Shown: piece by piece, positions 63,441 to 64,000 of the stretch | Layout: the number at the start of each line of letters is the position of its first letter | Numbering within the stretch: the stretch's first letter is position 1 | Source: the human T2T-CHM13v2.0 reference genome, Homo sapiens | Strand: one strand, 5' to 3' | DNA length: 64,000 nt | Assembly (NCBI RefSeq): GCF_009914755.1 | Contig: NC_060939.1 | The notes under the pieces: generated by a model | Told to the model about the DNA's origin: nothing | What the model saw: only the letters and a program-made list of their open reading frames with translations | Database searches by the model: none | Translations under genes and position numbers: made by a program

Positions 63441-64000
63441 ATAGAGAAATTCATAGAGACAGAAAGTAGTTTAGTGATTGCCAGGGGCTGGGAGGAGCAG
63501 AGACTAGGAGTGACTTTTAATGGGTATGAAGTTTCTTTGGGGGACAATGAACATGTTCTAGAATTATATAGTGGTGATGATTGCACTACTCTGTGAATAT
63601 AGTAAACACCATTGAATTATATACTTTAAAAATGTGAATTTTGGCTGGGTGCAGTGGCTCACGCCTGTAATTCCAGCACTTTGGGAGGCCGAGGTGGGTG
63701 GATCACAAGGTCAGGAGATCAAGACCATCCTGGCTAACATGGTAAAACCCCGTCTCTACTAAAAATACAAAAAATTATCCGGGCGTGGTGGTGGGCGCCT
63801 GGTACTCGCCTGGTACTGGTGGTGGTACTCGGGAGGCTGAGGCAGGAGAATGGCGTGAACCCGGGAGGTGGAACTTTCAGTGAGCCGAGATTGTGCCACT
63901 GCACTCCAGCCAGGGCGACAGAGCGAGACTCCGTCTAAAAAAAAAAAATGTGAATTTTATGGTATATTAATTACATCTCAATGAAGCTGTTAAAAACTTT
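63441..64000 (+). mobile_element. L1MB-like 3'UTR fragment with inserted AluY (63643-63948)
   Basis: catagagacagaaagtag...gccaggggctggg motif; Alu TSD aaaaatgtgaatttt 63628-63642 / 63944-63958. Confidence 0.88.

Overview
Human genomic DNA (a near-consensus AluYb8 argues for Homo sapiens) from the AAGAB/IQCH head-to-head locus (15q22-q23 from memory). The minus strand carries coding exons 1-5 of AAGAB (alpha- and gamma-adaptin binding protein p34; ATG at 38547, exon 6 onward lies left of the window). The plus strand carries coding exons 1-4 of IQCH (ATG at 38813, continues right of the window). The two start codons are 265 nt apart in a CpG-island bidirectional promoter. Almost all the rest is intron, rich in Alu, L1, L2, MIR, MaLR/ERV LTR and hAT relics, plus a full-length processed RPS24 pseudogene, a 32-nt tailless U2 snRNA retrocopy and an LTR12 solo LTR. 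Nearly all short ORFs in the supplied track are repeat-derived or spurious. I find no clearly new gene system. The best leads are: (1) AAGAB exons 2-5 sum to 462 nt with matching phases, so a back-spliced circle would be a stop-free endless ORF; (2) an NF-Y-rich LTR12 pointing at IQCH from inside AAGAB intron 1; (3) the U2 fragment lying antisense in IQCH pre-mRNA; (4) a promoter with an RFX X-box overlapping a strong-Kozak uORF and antisense splice donors; (5) several atypical retroelement junctions. Exon coordinates were counted by hand and checked by frame continuity. Repeat boundaries and subfamily names are approximate and based on recalled consensus sequences.
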